From the NCBI GenBank assembly GCA_001179505.1, contig CDMY01000588.1, positions 1-46,760 of the forward strand: a stretch of 46,760 nucleotides of DNA, given 5' to 3'. A program made the translations under genes and the position numbers. Shown in pieces: positions 12,331 to 23,859 of this stretch. Every line of letters begins with the position of its first letter. Position 1 is the stretch's first letter. The notes beneath the pieces are model-generated. The model saw nothing but the letters and a program-made list of their open reading frames with translations, did no database searches and was not told the DNA's origin. The stretch is from Vitrella brassicaformis CCMP3155 (Eukaryota > Protista > Chromerida).

Positions 12331-13618
12331 ACAGAACTGACATTACCACCTTTTCCAGCAACGACGCCTTTTGAAGGTACGACAGGGCGGAATGGTGATT
12401 GTTCAGCCTGTCGGAAACCATTGTGACCGAACGGAGATTCCATGCAGGGCTGGCGTCACAGGCGCGTCTGCTTGGGTCACCCTCGATGGTATGCAGCAAA
12501 CGCATTCAATAAAACCAGCTGGCACCGCGTGAACTCAAGTGGCATTACACTACTCTGAATGCACAGCAAACACACTGGGCCAACTCCACTACAGACCCAA
12601 GTGGTAGCTACTTACGTGTTGATACGATCTTTTCCACGCTGCAAGGGCCTCCTCCGCTGCCCGAAGACTGTTCATGGCGTCCGAAAACCGACTCGAGTTT
12701 ATCAGCAAGGCCACTCGGTGGGTTGCATCGTCGACGACGCGGTAGAAATGGATCTGGATTGCAATTGCTGGATTGAGTTAAAAGGGCCATGTGCTTCTCT
12801 TCTCTGTCACTCACCTCCTGGGGGTCCAGTTGCGAGACTCTCGTCTCGTCATCCTCATTGCGCTCCGCCTTCGACAACGCCCTGCACAGCTGATAGAACA
12901 TAGACAAACATTGGGACAGATCAATGTCGTGTGTTTCGGCTTGAAGCTCTTACGTCATCGAATGCGGTGAGCAAGGTTTTCCCTCGCAGCAACAGGTTCT
13001 CCATTTGGATGTCGCTACAGACTCTTGCAGGAACTGAGAAACGGAACAGGGGGCGATTCGGAAGAGGACTTGGGGCCCAACTTGCTCAATCCGGGATGAA
13101 GTGGTCCGGCTGTCGAGCTACGCGTTCGCGTTTCGGGCAATGCGTGAATATGAGCTGGGGGCCGCATGCAAAAGCCCCCGACAACGGAACTGAGGGGATT
13201 GCGAGCTTGGCGACCGCGGTGGCAATTCCGAGAAACGTAGAGTTCATTGAGGAGGGCGTCAAAAAGTGGGAGCGCCGACGACAGGCCGGTGAATGTGTCT
13301 GTGTGATGGACAGGGATACGTGGACCGCAGACCGACCGGATGGCATGCAACATACGTGATGTGCACACACACAGAAAATCTGAGGGATGTGTAGCGAGTT
13401 GTAGTCGCCCAGATGTCTGTCTGTGCGACCTCGCCCATTGACCATTGGCAAGTCGTCGCTTGCTGGCTTTGATTTGCAAACCTTCATGATCGTTGCTGCA
13501 TTGCAGAAGGGGGGGTGCAGCCTTCGCGGCCGCCTCCCCTAGCGGACATTGCTGCAAACACCTGATCGAAGAAATCAACACACGGAAGAATGGCACTCGA
13601 GGCCAGTCCTGCCGCATA

Positions 13619-14139
13619 GATGGGTGAAGTCTGTGAACTGTACGGTAGTCGTCATATTTACACGTTTATTTTGTTTCTGCAGTTATGTATGAGGATTGGA
13701 AGGGCACCACGCACAAATTGACCCCGGAGTTTATTCAGGGACTGGACAAGCGTTACGGATGGACTCGCGGGTACTTTCTCCCACACATCTACACCTATGA
13801 GTTCGACCCCAGACCATGTGCACCCACGGCGGCACCGATATGTTTCGATTTGGTGCCCTCGTCGGATGTGGGGTAGGCCATCCGCTTCAACTGGATCCAC
13901 TGCTGCTGCTGCGACGTCACGTCAGTGTGTACGCGATGCGGCATCATACTGAACCATCATCCCTCATCCCCGACCGCTGCGTCACACCGCTCCCTGTGAC
14001 CCCGAAGCGTACTTTGGACGCCGTGCAAAGCGATATGCAACTCATAGGATACACGGGGTCATTGAAGCGGGGCCCCGGCTTGTATTCCGGCCTGGCTCAG
14101 TACCAGGCGACCCGCAGAGGCGGCCAAAAGGTATCATGA
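13619..14139 (+). CDS. Short hypothetical multi-exon ORF or gene fragment
   Basis: Clean polypyrimidine acceptor at about 13682 precedes MYEDWKGTTHKLTPEFIQGLDKRYGWTRGYFLPHIYTYEFDP. No family recognised. Confidence 0.25.
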
Positions 14140-14505
14140 CCTCACGGGCGAATACACAGGAGACAGTAAGCAACGCACAGCCTTTTAGGAACGCAATAGA
14201 CCCTGTCTCCTTCGTTCAGCCCAACGATACATGTGGATGTATTGGCACCCGCTGAAATCTGTCTCTGTTGAGGAGTACGCGAAGTATCTGGACACGTGCT
14301 CCTAGTTGGAGGGCTATCTGATTTTGATCCAGTCGGGTAGGAGGCAAATGATCTGTTAATGACAACACAATGATCGATGTGGGAATGCATATTCAGGAGT
14401 TTACAAGGAGACGGAGTTGGATGCACTGGCAAAGTACTTTGAGAAAGGCAGGCTTGTGTTTCCGGGCCTCCCGAAGGGTGACCTCAGGAAGTTATTGAAG
14501 AAGCT

Positions 14506-14557
14506 ATTTACCGATTTTTACAACCGACAGATTTAGGACGGAGACGTTAATTCAGTT
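14506..14557 (+). repeat. ~55-bp dispersed non-coding element, copy B
   Basis: ATTTACCGATTTTTACAACCGACAGATTTAGGACGGAGACGTTAATTCAGTT matches 4746-4800. Confidence 0.85.
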
Positions 14558-15194
14558 GAAGAATGAATCTGGAGTCAGGAGACAGCGGTGACATGGATAT
14601 CAGTCGATGTAACATGATGAAATACAGTCATATCCGAAGAGGAGGGGGGGTGGCCTAGGCAGGTCAGTCAATCTGAGTGATTCATGGATGTCTCCGCATC
14701 GGTCTGCGCTTCGCACATCCCTCGCTCCACCATTCATGAATCACTCGATTGACTGACATGCCGTCGGCGCTTCGGGCACCTTCGGTGCCCTCCTCCTCAT
14801 CATTGCAAATACTGACCACGTGTGAATTGTACCGTGAAGGCCTCCGTGCTGGTACTGAGGGACCGAAAGACAATGCGGGAGAAATCATTCCCATGACGGC
14901 TGCTTTCTCAAGTGTTCAAAATGATTTCGTTTCAATTCGAAATACATCTTCCCCTTCCCCACAAAGAATAGCAGGAGAGACGGCGCATGAAAGGAGGAGC
15001 GTGTTGCGATGATTCAACACCCCTTCAACTAAAAAAGGAAGAAACAAGGCTCGCGTTCCACACATTTTCTCCAAACAAGGCTCTTGTTCCGATAGCAGCT
15101 CGATTCCAGGTCCACGGATTGATTTGTTTACTGTCACCTATGGAAGGCTTACGAATAGACAACAGCCATCCAACATCACACGACGGACGCCGGA

Positions 15195-17059
15195 TTACCT
15201 ATCTATCTTCCACGTGTATGCGTGGAGCAGTGCATCTGCCGGCGCTGGCTTGCCCAGATTCTTGTCCAGGAGGGAGACAACCTTCGTCACATCGGCTTGA
15301 ACTCGATGGCCGCCGAGCGGAGGGAAGATGGCCATGGCGTAGTTTTGCTTCAACATTTGTGCTTCGAACCAGATGCCTGCATCAACAGACACACAAGCAC
15401 AACAGTGAAACAAACAGCTAGGTGGGACAATTGTGTTGGGCATGCCTTTGAAGATTCGGTCACTGGGCATCAGCTCGAGGATCTGTCACGACGCAGTAGT
15501 TGAAGAATGTACTGAAATTGTGCAAATGATTTGTGACCAGTGTATGTTTTGCACAGAATCGATGATTGAAGAAGGCACTGAAAGAGTAGAGACAAGTGAA
15601 GCCCATGATGTACTCTTGGTGCGAGATGACGTACCCGCCGTGAGGACCGACCATAGCCAGTACGTTCAACCCCATCCACTCCACGAAGCCGCGGAAGTCT
15701 CCTTGATTCACGTCCCTAAACATCTTCAACTCCTCCCCCTTCCCTCTCCTCTGCAGCAACGCCTGTATCTCACTCACGAGCTGACTCTCGTTGGTCATGT
15801 CTCTCTTCTTGCCTCTGCGGCTCAAAAAGAGTACAACCTATAAACGAAGAACAAAGACGGTGAAGACGCAAGATGAGATACGAGATGATACCTTCCGCTG
15901 GTCGAGGGGTGTGTCTCTCCGCACTTTCATCCGCTCCACGAACCGAAGCTGCACGAGAAACAGAACTAGAGTGGCGTGTGTATGTACATATCAGGTAGTA
16001 TGTGTGCTGAATATGTATTACTGACGGCGAAGTAAGGATGGACCAATGGCGAGCGGCAGGAGAAGAGAAGCCGCTTTGCCTTAATGCGTTGCCGATTGCC
16101 GTTTCGCAGCCTAATCACCCGCCGCTGGTCGAATCCCAGCGCCTGTTGGATGTTTCTCACAGTGCCACTCGATGCGCCGCCTGATGTAATGATAACGGTC
16201 TCGGCATCAGCAGATGCGCCGCTTGCTCGATTACATGCGTGACTCGATCGAGGAAGTGCTGAAAGGACCACGCGTCGGGGGTGGTGGCCAGGATGGCAGA
16301 AGGATAGTTTGTTACGTGAGCAAAATATCCTCCGTCGGTGAGCAGCGGCTTGTGCTGGACTCCCGGAGACATGCAGGAAGATTGCGACCACCTAAAACGC
16401 GAACATTGACACTCTTGGTGTCCCTCCGTGTGTTGCTTTGACAATTACCTATCAACAGGAGGGGCATTGACATATGAGCCATCAGTGATCACCAGGTTCT
16501 GACCATGTTGGCCGCGAAAGTACACATGAGTCTGGTCAAATTCAGAATGCTCCTTCATCAGTTTCTTTTCCAGGAAGGATAAATTGTCGGACAGCAGGAT
16601 CGGAAATGACACAGAGAAGTCGGGAAATATAAGCTCCTCAGCATACTCGATCTTGTCATTCGACGCTGCAATGCAAGGCGCCCAGTTGTGCGCCATGTTC
16701 TGCAGACACTCGGTCAGCACAGCTGGGGCCCAGTCAGAAGACTCCACCGATGAGACATTTGCGTCCACATTCCGTCCTGATGCAGCCAGGAGGCGGATAG
16801 CACCTCCCCCAGCCAAAGATAGCCCTCCTCCACCCACAGGCTCTGCGATAGCATCCGACGGCATTTCCTCTTTTGCTGCAGCTGGAACCGTTGTCAAAGA
16901 ACGAGAGTAGTTCGCGCCGCCTTGAGTGTGAACGAGCACTGTGACGACAATGATGACGCCGACGGCGACAGAGAAGACGGTAATAAGACACAAGGTCCTG
17001 CATTGGACAAGAAGGAAAATGCGGTGCAGCATGCATTTGCCACACAAACGACTTGTCAC
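15195..17059 (-). pseudogene. Glycosyltransferase family 61 (DUF563)-like type II membrane protein, with one apparent frameshift
   Basis: TM anchor LCLITVFSVAVGVIIVVTVLV. Spliced product contains TPDAWSFQHFLDRV, RLLFSCRSPLVHPY, VVLFLSRRGKKRDMTNESQL, VGPHGG|AFFNHRFCAKHTL|ILELMP, WFEAQML. The frame switches near 16205-16215 (AAHLL to DAETVIIT) with no intron, consistent with one missing G. Confidence 0.75.
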
Positions 17060-17523
17060 CTCATTTGTCAGTCCAGTGTCCAGTGTGCAGCATGATCATT
17101 ATCTTTCTTGAGCTGCCTTCGCTTTTCTTTGAGGCCCTCCGGCGGGTTCGCGCAACGGTGGCTCCATCCAATGGAGATTAAGAAGACGAAGACGCACTGC
17201 TGCTGACAGTGTTGCGTCGGACCCCAAATGAATGAAATGACGCCCCCAACCCCCCCCAACTCCTCGCGAAACTTTTCCCATTGTCAAATTTGAGTGCCGT
17301 GAGCGGCAGGTGGTTCATGATGGATCCTTTCCTTGTTGCACGAGTGCAGTTCTAAAGTGAGCGTGTGAAATTCCCCTACGCGTTCGTATCTGGTCGCCTC
17401 ATTCTCATTACCTCCACGGTACATGCAACTGCTGTGTGTCTCTGTCTGTGTATCTTCCTGTCTGACCCCACCCAAAAACGACAACAAAAGCACACACTGT
17501 GACACAACTTTTTTTTTTTTCGT

Positions 17524-17580
17524 GGGGAAACTGTCATTAACCGTAACACTCGTCTGTGTGTCCGTGATACTCATACAAAT
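17524..17580. repeat. Truncated copy of the terminal repeat, next to a T12 tract (17509-17520)
   Basis: GAAACTGTCATTAACC...CTCATACAAAT is identical to 46552-46605, then diverges abruptly. Confidence 0.9.
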
Positions 17581-17895
17581 TCCGGCAGTCACATCGTCGG
17601 CTGCATGTGGACAGCGCAGACGTCCCTTTCTCGTTGCATGCGCAACAGGGGGGCCCGCCGCCGTCTCGCGGGATGAGGGTAGGTGGAGGGGGTTGGGTGT
17701 AGTCCGATACACGCTCGCTCATCCGAAAAGGAGGAGAAACAGCCGAGAAATCACCAACTCAATCATGGGGGGTAAGATGAATGTTGCCACAATGCAATGC
17801 AATGTGACACAACACCAGCACAACGGACTAGGACACGTCTCAGGGAACATGTGCGCAAACCCTCCCCCCACCTTCTCCCGCCTCCCGTCCTCTGT

Positions 17896-20800
17896 CTACT
17901 TCTGCTGCTTCTGGGTTGGCGTGGTGTCTGTCTTTGTGTTTGTGGTGATGAGAGCATTGACCACCCGTATAGACCGCATGTCGCGTATCTGCGAGTCACT
18001 GAGCGCGATATCCCATATGGTGAGCTCATCCATCCAACCCATAAACCGACCATACGGGCGCGAGAACGCCGTCCCTGCAACAGTAGTCGTGGTGCCGTTG
18101 CTACTGCTGGTCGTGCCCGTGACAGTACCGGCACTACCGCCGATGGCCGCGTCTTTCCATGACGCAGAAATGTCACCGATCTGTGTGAGTGTCGAGTTGG
18201 CGGAGAGCACCTGTACGGCGTTGATATAGATAGCCACGGGGCCTTCCGCCATCCGGCCGTCGAATGTGACTGACATACGGGGACACACGCCAGGCAAAGA
18301 CAAGGCACGTGTGCATTGGTGTCGGCGTATGCATGGCCATGCACTCGTCATCTCACCGGTTACATGATTCCATTCGGCTTCTGGGTACGCCGCGCTGTAC
18401 GTCTTTTCCACCCCAGCAGCATGGTCGGCGATGGCCAATCTCAGCGATCCATCCCACAACGTCAACGAAAGGCCCCCTCCATGCCCCCCTTCCTCATACA
18501 CCAGCTGCATCTCCTCAAGCCTCACGAGCTTCAGAAACACCATCAGTGTGAACGATCGGCATGGACGCGACAGAAGGTCTGACTCGAGGATCAAATGATA
18601 GTCGCCGTCAAACGATATCGTGGTAGAGTTGAAGCGAGGGTTGTCCTCTGCATCATACAGGGGGTACTCGGCTTGCAGCAACTCTGTCTGGACGGTGGCC
18701 TCATTCTGCAGCAACTCGTCGGTCAGGCTATCCTCGAAATTAAACCTGGCCACCATGCGCGCCTGACGCTTGAACGTGATGCTGCCAACATTGGCAGCAT
18801 CATCGTATATGCGGATGTCGTCCAACATCCCAACGAACCCATCAGCAACGTCAGACGCTGATGCGCCGAGAGAGGCGTCTGCTTCGATGGTGAGAATCTC
18901 CTCCCCAGATAGACTCGAGAGGGGCATCCGGCCCACACGAAGTCCGCTCATGTAGCTGCGTGTACGTTGGGGGTGCGGGAAAGTACAACAAATACACAGG
19001 CATTGTGGGTATAATGTCTTACAGGGATAAGGCCTTTGTGACGTCAACTTGCACGGCGACGGCAGTCCACTCGGTCGCTGTGTAGGGCGCGGTGACGCTG
19101 TAGTCCTCTCCGTCTACCTTCAGCTTGGCCACCAAGCTCCTCAGCTCTACACGCAATTGTAGTCCAGTTGTGTCGGTTCCCTCGCCTGCACAGACACGCA
19201 CGATGGATGGACACCCCTCAGCCAATACCCATGCTCACTGTATATTAGCTGGTACACGGCATCATCGGGGTTCGCGCGCAGCTGTACCCACAGAGTGATG
19301 GTGCGGACAGAGAACGGCCGCCACAGCAGCGGGCTGCGGACAATGGCACGGTCGCTCTGCGTGACGAAGGTCAGCACATAGGACAGCTGCAGGGCGTTGT
19401 TGGTGAGCCGTGGTTGGTAGTAAGGCGTCTGCAACAGTGTGTCTGCGACACGGGTGAGGGTGGCGTTGCCGACGAGGGTGAGGTTCGAGGCGGCGTCACG
19501 CCACCGGATGTCCTCGGTGCTCTCGTGATCAAATGGCCACTCAAGCAATGGTCTGCACACACACACCAAACCACACGAGACGACACGACGCATATTTTGG
19601 AATGGATTTCTGTTCCTCCGCTCGTCCGTATGTACGCACAGTGGGTATAATCTATGTGGGAGCGCGGTCCCCCTGTAGACGGGCGATCGCTGATACAGCG
19701 AAAGGTCCATCATGTGGTCGTCCATCTCCTCGCGAAGTTTCTGCAGAAGTGGTGCATACTTGGGACCGTTGGCGAGATTGGCCGTCTCCTCAGGGTCATC
19801 ATCCAGCCTGAACAGCTCAGTCCACTCCTTCCACTGAGGGTACTCTGTCAGCTTGGCGTCGGGCTGCGTACCCACGCTTTCACCCGTCCGCCAAACCATA
19901 CATGTGGGTACTACAAGGGCACACATACAGATACACTAGTGCGACGGTCTCTCCCGGCTCGCTCACTTCGTGCGACGTCGCTGGCAGCTTCAGATACTGC
20001 ATCGTCCTTGAGGCCCAGATACACGTAGGCAAAGTGATTCGGCCACCAAAAGGGTGCCACCTCCGCACGCTGCGCCGCGTCCAGCAGGGGCATGAACGAG
20101 ATGCCTTGCATGTACGGAGGCACTTCCAGCCCAGCAAAGTCGAGGAGCGTCGGGGCGATGTCGACGTTTAACACGGTTTGGTCGATGACCGTGTTGCGCT
20201 TTATGAGCGCTGGGTAGTGAATCGCCAAGGGCACCCGAATAGACTCTTCATAGGCGACGAATTTGTAGAAGCTCAACTGATGATTGTTGGCCGTCAGACC
20301 TGAATATAACGAACTCGTAGGAGTTGCATTCTCAGAGTGTGAGGTCGCTCAGACCATTGTCAGACACGAACATGATAACCGTGTTGTCCAGCAGGCCGCG
20401 CTCTTCCAGGGCAGCGTACACGCGGCCGACACTGTCATCGAGTGACGCGATCAAGGAGGAATAGTTCTCCAAGGTCTGCGAAAACCCGTCCTCTGAGCCA
20501 TAAAAACTGAACGGCTCTGTATCCATCCCCGCCTGCAGAGGCCCGTCTGTGCAGACACGTGTGTGCGTGGAGTGATTCTCTGACTTACTGACATCGAATG
20601 GGGGCGCGGTGTTGTGGTTGCGGCTCAATTTAGGTTCAATGCCGGTGAAGTTGAATGCGTGGCCTTTGCCGGGTAGAAAGGGCTTGTGGGGAGCCTTCAA
20701 ACCGATCGTTACCTACACATATACAGACACCAGCTGCTTGACGTGGTCCGAACCAGCCATCTGACGAGTCACCAGAAATGGCTGATCGTGGCTGGTAGCC

Positions 20801-22160
20801 TGATGCTCCTCAAGGAACTCCGTGAAAAAGTCCGTTTTCGCCTTGTCGAAAATGAGACCAAAGAGAAGGGCATTGGTATCACATTTCGACAGTGCCGAAG
20901 TGAGCACCTTGTCGACCCACCCCTGGCGCTTGATCAACCGCTCCTCAAGCGGTGCCGTGTCAGGTTCCTTGAAATGAGCATTGGATAATAATGTATGTTG
21001 GGGATACGGACATTCGGCGTGTGCTGTGAGTTACCTTGTAGAAGACCATGTGATAATACGTAGCACTGCACGCATATGGGGAAAGGTTAGTGTACAGACA
21101 AGAGAGGCCGCATCCCATGCATGTGCGTGAGCTGGTACATACCTGCCGATGTACGTCCTGTACCACTGGAAGCAGGGCCGCTCCGACTGTTTGCCCATGT
21201 GCCACTGATACCAACCAACAATTTGACGACGTCCCCGGCTGCCCATGAGGTATGCCCACCCACCTTCCCTATGTATGCCGTCTTGTACCCAGCATCTCCC
21301 AACAGACATGCATACCTGTACGATCAATCAATCAATCAATCAAGAGCTGTCGTTCAACCCCCACGTGGGCATGTCCGAGGACAACTCGTCGTTGTTGCGA
21401 TAGACGCCATTCATGAAATTGTATCGTCCTGTGAGCATGCACGCCCTGCTCGCGCTGCAACTGTACACACAACACACATACGATACATGGGTGCTGAGAA
21501 CGAAGATGCGCCCTTTCCATCCATCGCCTACGAAGATAGTGTGACGTATGCATTGCGGAAGCGCGCCCCGCCAGCCGCAAGACGATCCTGCATACACGGC
21601 GTCGCAACCACATATAGAAAAGGGGCACAGAAGTAGAAGCAGCTCACGCACGATGTTTGGCGTAGCCTCCTGCATCCACGGGAAGAGAGCTTCGCGGAAA
21701 GGAGGATGCTTGTCCGCGGCAAGCTCCTTCTGTGCATAGCCGACTGCGTCCCAGCGCAGATCATCAGCTATGACGATAACGAAATTAGGCCGGGAGAGAG
21801 GCTGACACAGACACACAAAAGGACAAGGTGTGCAAGACGCTACTATGGACGTCGACGTTAATTCAGTTAGAATTGCGTAATAAGTTCACTCAGCAAGCAG
21901 ACATTCACCGGCTGCGAGGATGCCGCTGGCGTGCGATTGCTGCTTGCTGAAGGCGAGTGGTGGTAGCCTCTCTGCGCCTGCTTCTTATTCCGCTCATCGT
22001 CTTGAAGCCGACCGCTTTCATCTGAGTCCTCGCGAAGCATCGAGCCTTGTTGGGACGTCCCCTCTGCGTTGACAGATAGCACCCAAATGAACATGACAGC
22101 CACAAGCCAAGCACAGAAGTAGAAGCATCGCTTGAACATAGCTGTTATTCCATCAGTCAA
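17896..22160 (-). CDS. Secreted formylglycine-type sulfatase fused to two LamG / concanavalin A-like domains
   Basis: Signal peptide, RPNFVIVIADDLRWD, TPNI|DRLAAGGARFRNAY, CSASRACMLTGRY, GYKTAYIGK|WHMG, KAPHKPF, SLDDSVGRV...LDNTVIMFVSDNG, YEESIRVPL, NVDIAPTLLDFAG, ELFRLDDDPEETANLA. Two LamG-like units follow, ending GMLDDIRIYD and GWMDELTIWDIALS. The frame appears intact across more than 12 introns; the 3' end is uncertain (could reach about 17720). Confidence 0.92.
21847..21868 (+). repeat. Partial copy C of the ~55-bp element, in sulfatase intron 1
   Basis: GGACGTCGACGTTAATTCAGTT shares the exact 15-mer GACGTTAATTCAGTT with copies A and B. Confidence 0.6.
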
Positions 22161-22265
22161 GGCATAGCCACAGAGATCAGGTCAGCCGAGAGAGAGCAAG
22201 CCGAGACGTCCTGGAGATTCCCTTGTTTCGACGTTTCTCCGTCTGCGTACTATTTCGACGGACGT

Positions 22266-22538
22266 TTATTTCAGGCCCAAAGGCACAGCGAACACTCGGA
22301 GAAAGTCAAACATCCCGTACTGTAGCTGTTGCCCTCGGGCCTGCCATCGTCGTTTCCGTGTCCGTTCCTTGAGGTATGCCTTGATGGTCTCGAGGCGCTC
22401 GTTGGGGTCGGCTGTCTCGATGATCTCCTTGAGGGCCTGCACCCGAGCGTCTCTGGTCTGATGCCGTGGATGTACGATCTTCATCATCATACTTTGCCGG
22501 AGAATAGGAATCGCGTGAAACCAACTCGAACGGAGCAT
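22266..22538 (-). CDS. Small hypothetical helical protein
   Basis: 90-aa ORF (RVQALKEIIETADPNERLETIKAYLKER). Protein-like composition only. Confidence 0.3.
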   Translation of the reverse strand: MLRSSWFHAIPILRQSMMMKIVHPRHQTRDARVQALKEIIETADPNERLETIKAYLKERTRKRRWQARGQQLQYGMFDFLRVFAVPLGLK

Positions 22539-22750
22539 TTACTTGCGGCCTGGGTCCCTCCCTCCCCTCCGGATTGTTGTCATCGGTGGAAAAGATCTTT
22601 CAGTCAGCTGTCAGAGGCGTCCGTGACATGACAACAGATGACACAGTGCCATCGATGACTATATCCCCGTTTGTCTGACGTACTGTGTGTGAGACGGTCA
22701 TCCATTATGACGTAACGGATTCTCTCTTGGGCAGTCAGCTGTCTTAGACT

Positions 22751-23616
22751 ATGAAGCGGAGGACAGCCGCAGTATGTCTCGGAGGACTGGCGGTTGCCAC
22801 GGCCTCCTGGTGCTGGCTCGCCATCTTTGAGCCGGCGCTGCTTACGAGGATGCGGAGAGGCGTCTGGCTGGTCTACATTGTTCCCTTCGGTTCTCGCCTC
22901 ATCTGGGACAGCCTACATGCAAGCGCTGGGAACGAAGGCGGCCTGTGGCGCTATGAACAGAACGTCCACCGAGAGTTTGATGCTTACATCTCCAAGACCC
23001 ATGCAGACTATCGCTCCTTGTGGGACACTTCATGCAATATGGGTTTTCTGCTCACCCGTCTGGCCCAGAAATATCCAGAGGCCAGGCACTACGGCAGCGA
23101 CATCAGCCCCCTGATGGTAACAAAAGCCATCACGATGCATGTATCAATAGTGTTTCTTACCGTCAGGTCAACGTTATGAAGAGGCGGTGTGATAGCCGCT
23201 GCATCGTCGCTCCATTCGACCTTTTCTCCATGCAAGATCCCGATTTCCGTCTGCCAAGGGGGTTCCCACGCGCGTTCGACCTGGTCATCGTGTCTGACGT
23301 CCTTTTTTACGGCAACTGGGGCGGCATCCCTCCGTTTGTCTGGCAATATAGCCTTCTCCCCAGCTGGCTTGTCGCTTCGCGACGAAGAGCCTTCTGGAAT
23401 CGTCTCACACATCTGGCCTGCTCTGAGGTGCTTCTGTCAAATCATCAGGAGAATCGAGCTGTACTTCGTCTGATGGTAACAATGGGCGCCACTCCCGTGC
23501 TGCCCGACAGGTTGATTTGGACAGCAAAAGGGACTGCCACACACGAGGCTTGCAAAAGTCTGAAACGGGCCGCTCCTGTTACCACATATAGGCTCAGGCG
23601 GGCCACAGGTAATTGA
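22751..23616 (+). CDS. Membrane-anchored class I SAM-dependent methyltransferase, 2 exons
   Basis: N-terminal hydrophobic segment. Motif I variant SLWDTSCNMGFLL, post-I HYGSDISP, motif II FDLVIVSDVLFY. An in-frame intron at 23117-23166 joins the two ORFs. Confidence 0.8.
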
Positions 23617-23859
23617 ACAAAGAAAATGGACGATACACTCTGTGTCAGCGTCCCCTAGCGAGACAAGAAAACATCCCGACGCGGACTCCGTCCATGCATA
23701 TGTGAGGTGTGCAGACAGACACACGACGATATGAGAGGAGTGGACGGTGTGGAGGAAGAAAGGAGTGTGCGGACAGATCGGACCTTTGTGTCAACGATGA
23801 TCGGTGTTGTCAGGGTACTTATTGGTATTCAACTTCATGTCAGACGCGCGCAAAAAAAC

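Noticed and set aside
15195-15825. Apparent tyrosine-recombinase-like words (NHLHNFSTFFNYC, PPLGGHRVQ)
   Set aside because: The first lies inside an intron. Splicing gives a continuous GT61 domain (GPHGG-AFFNHRF-TL-ILELMP).
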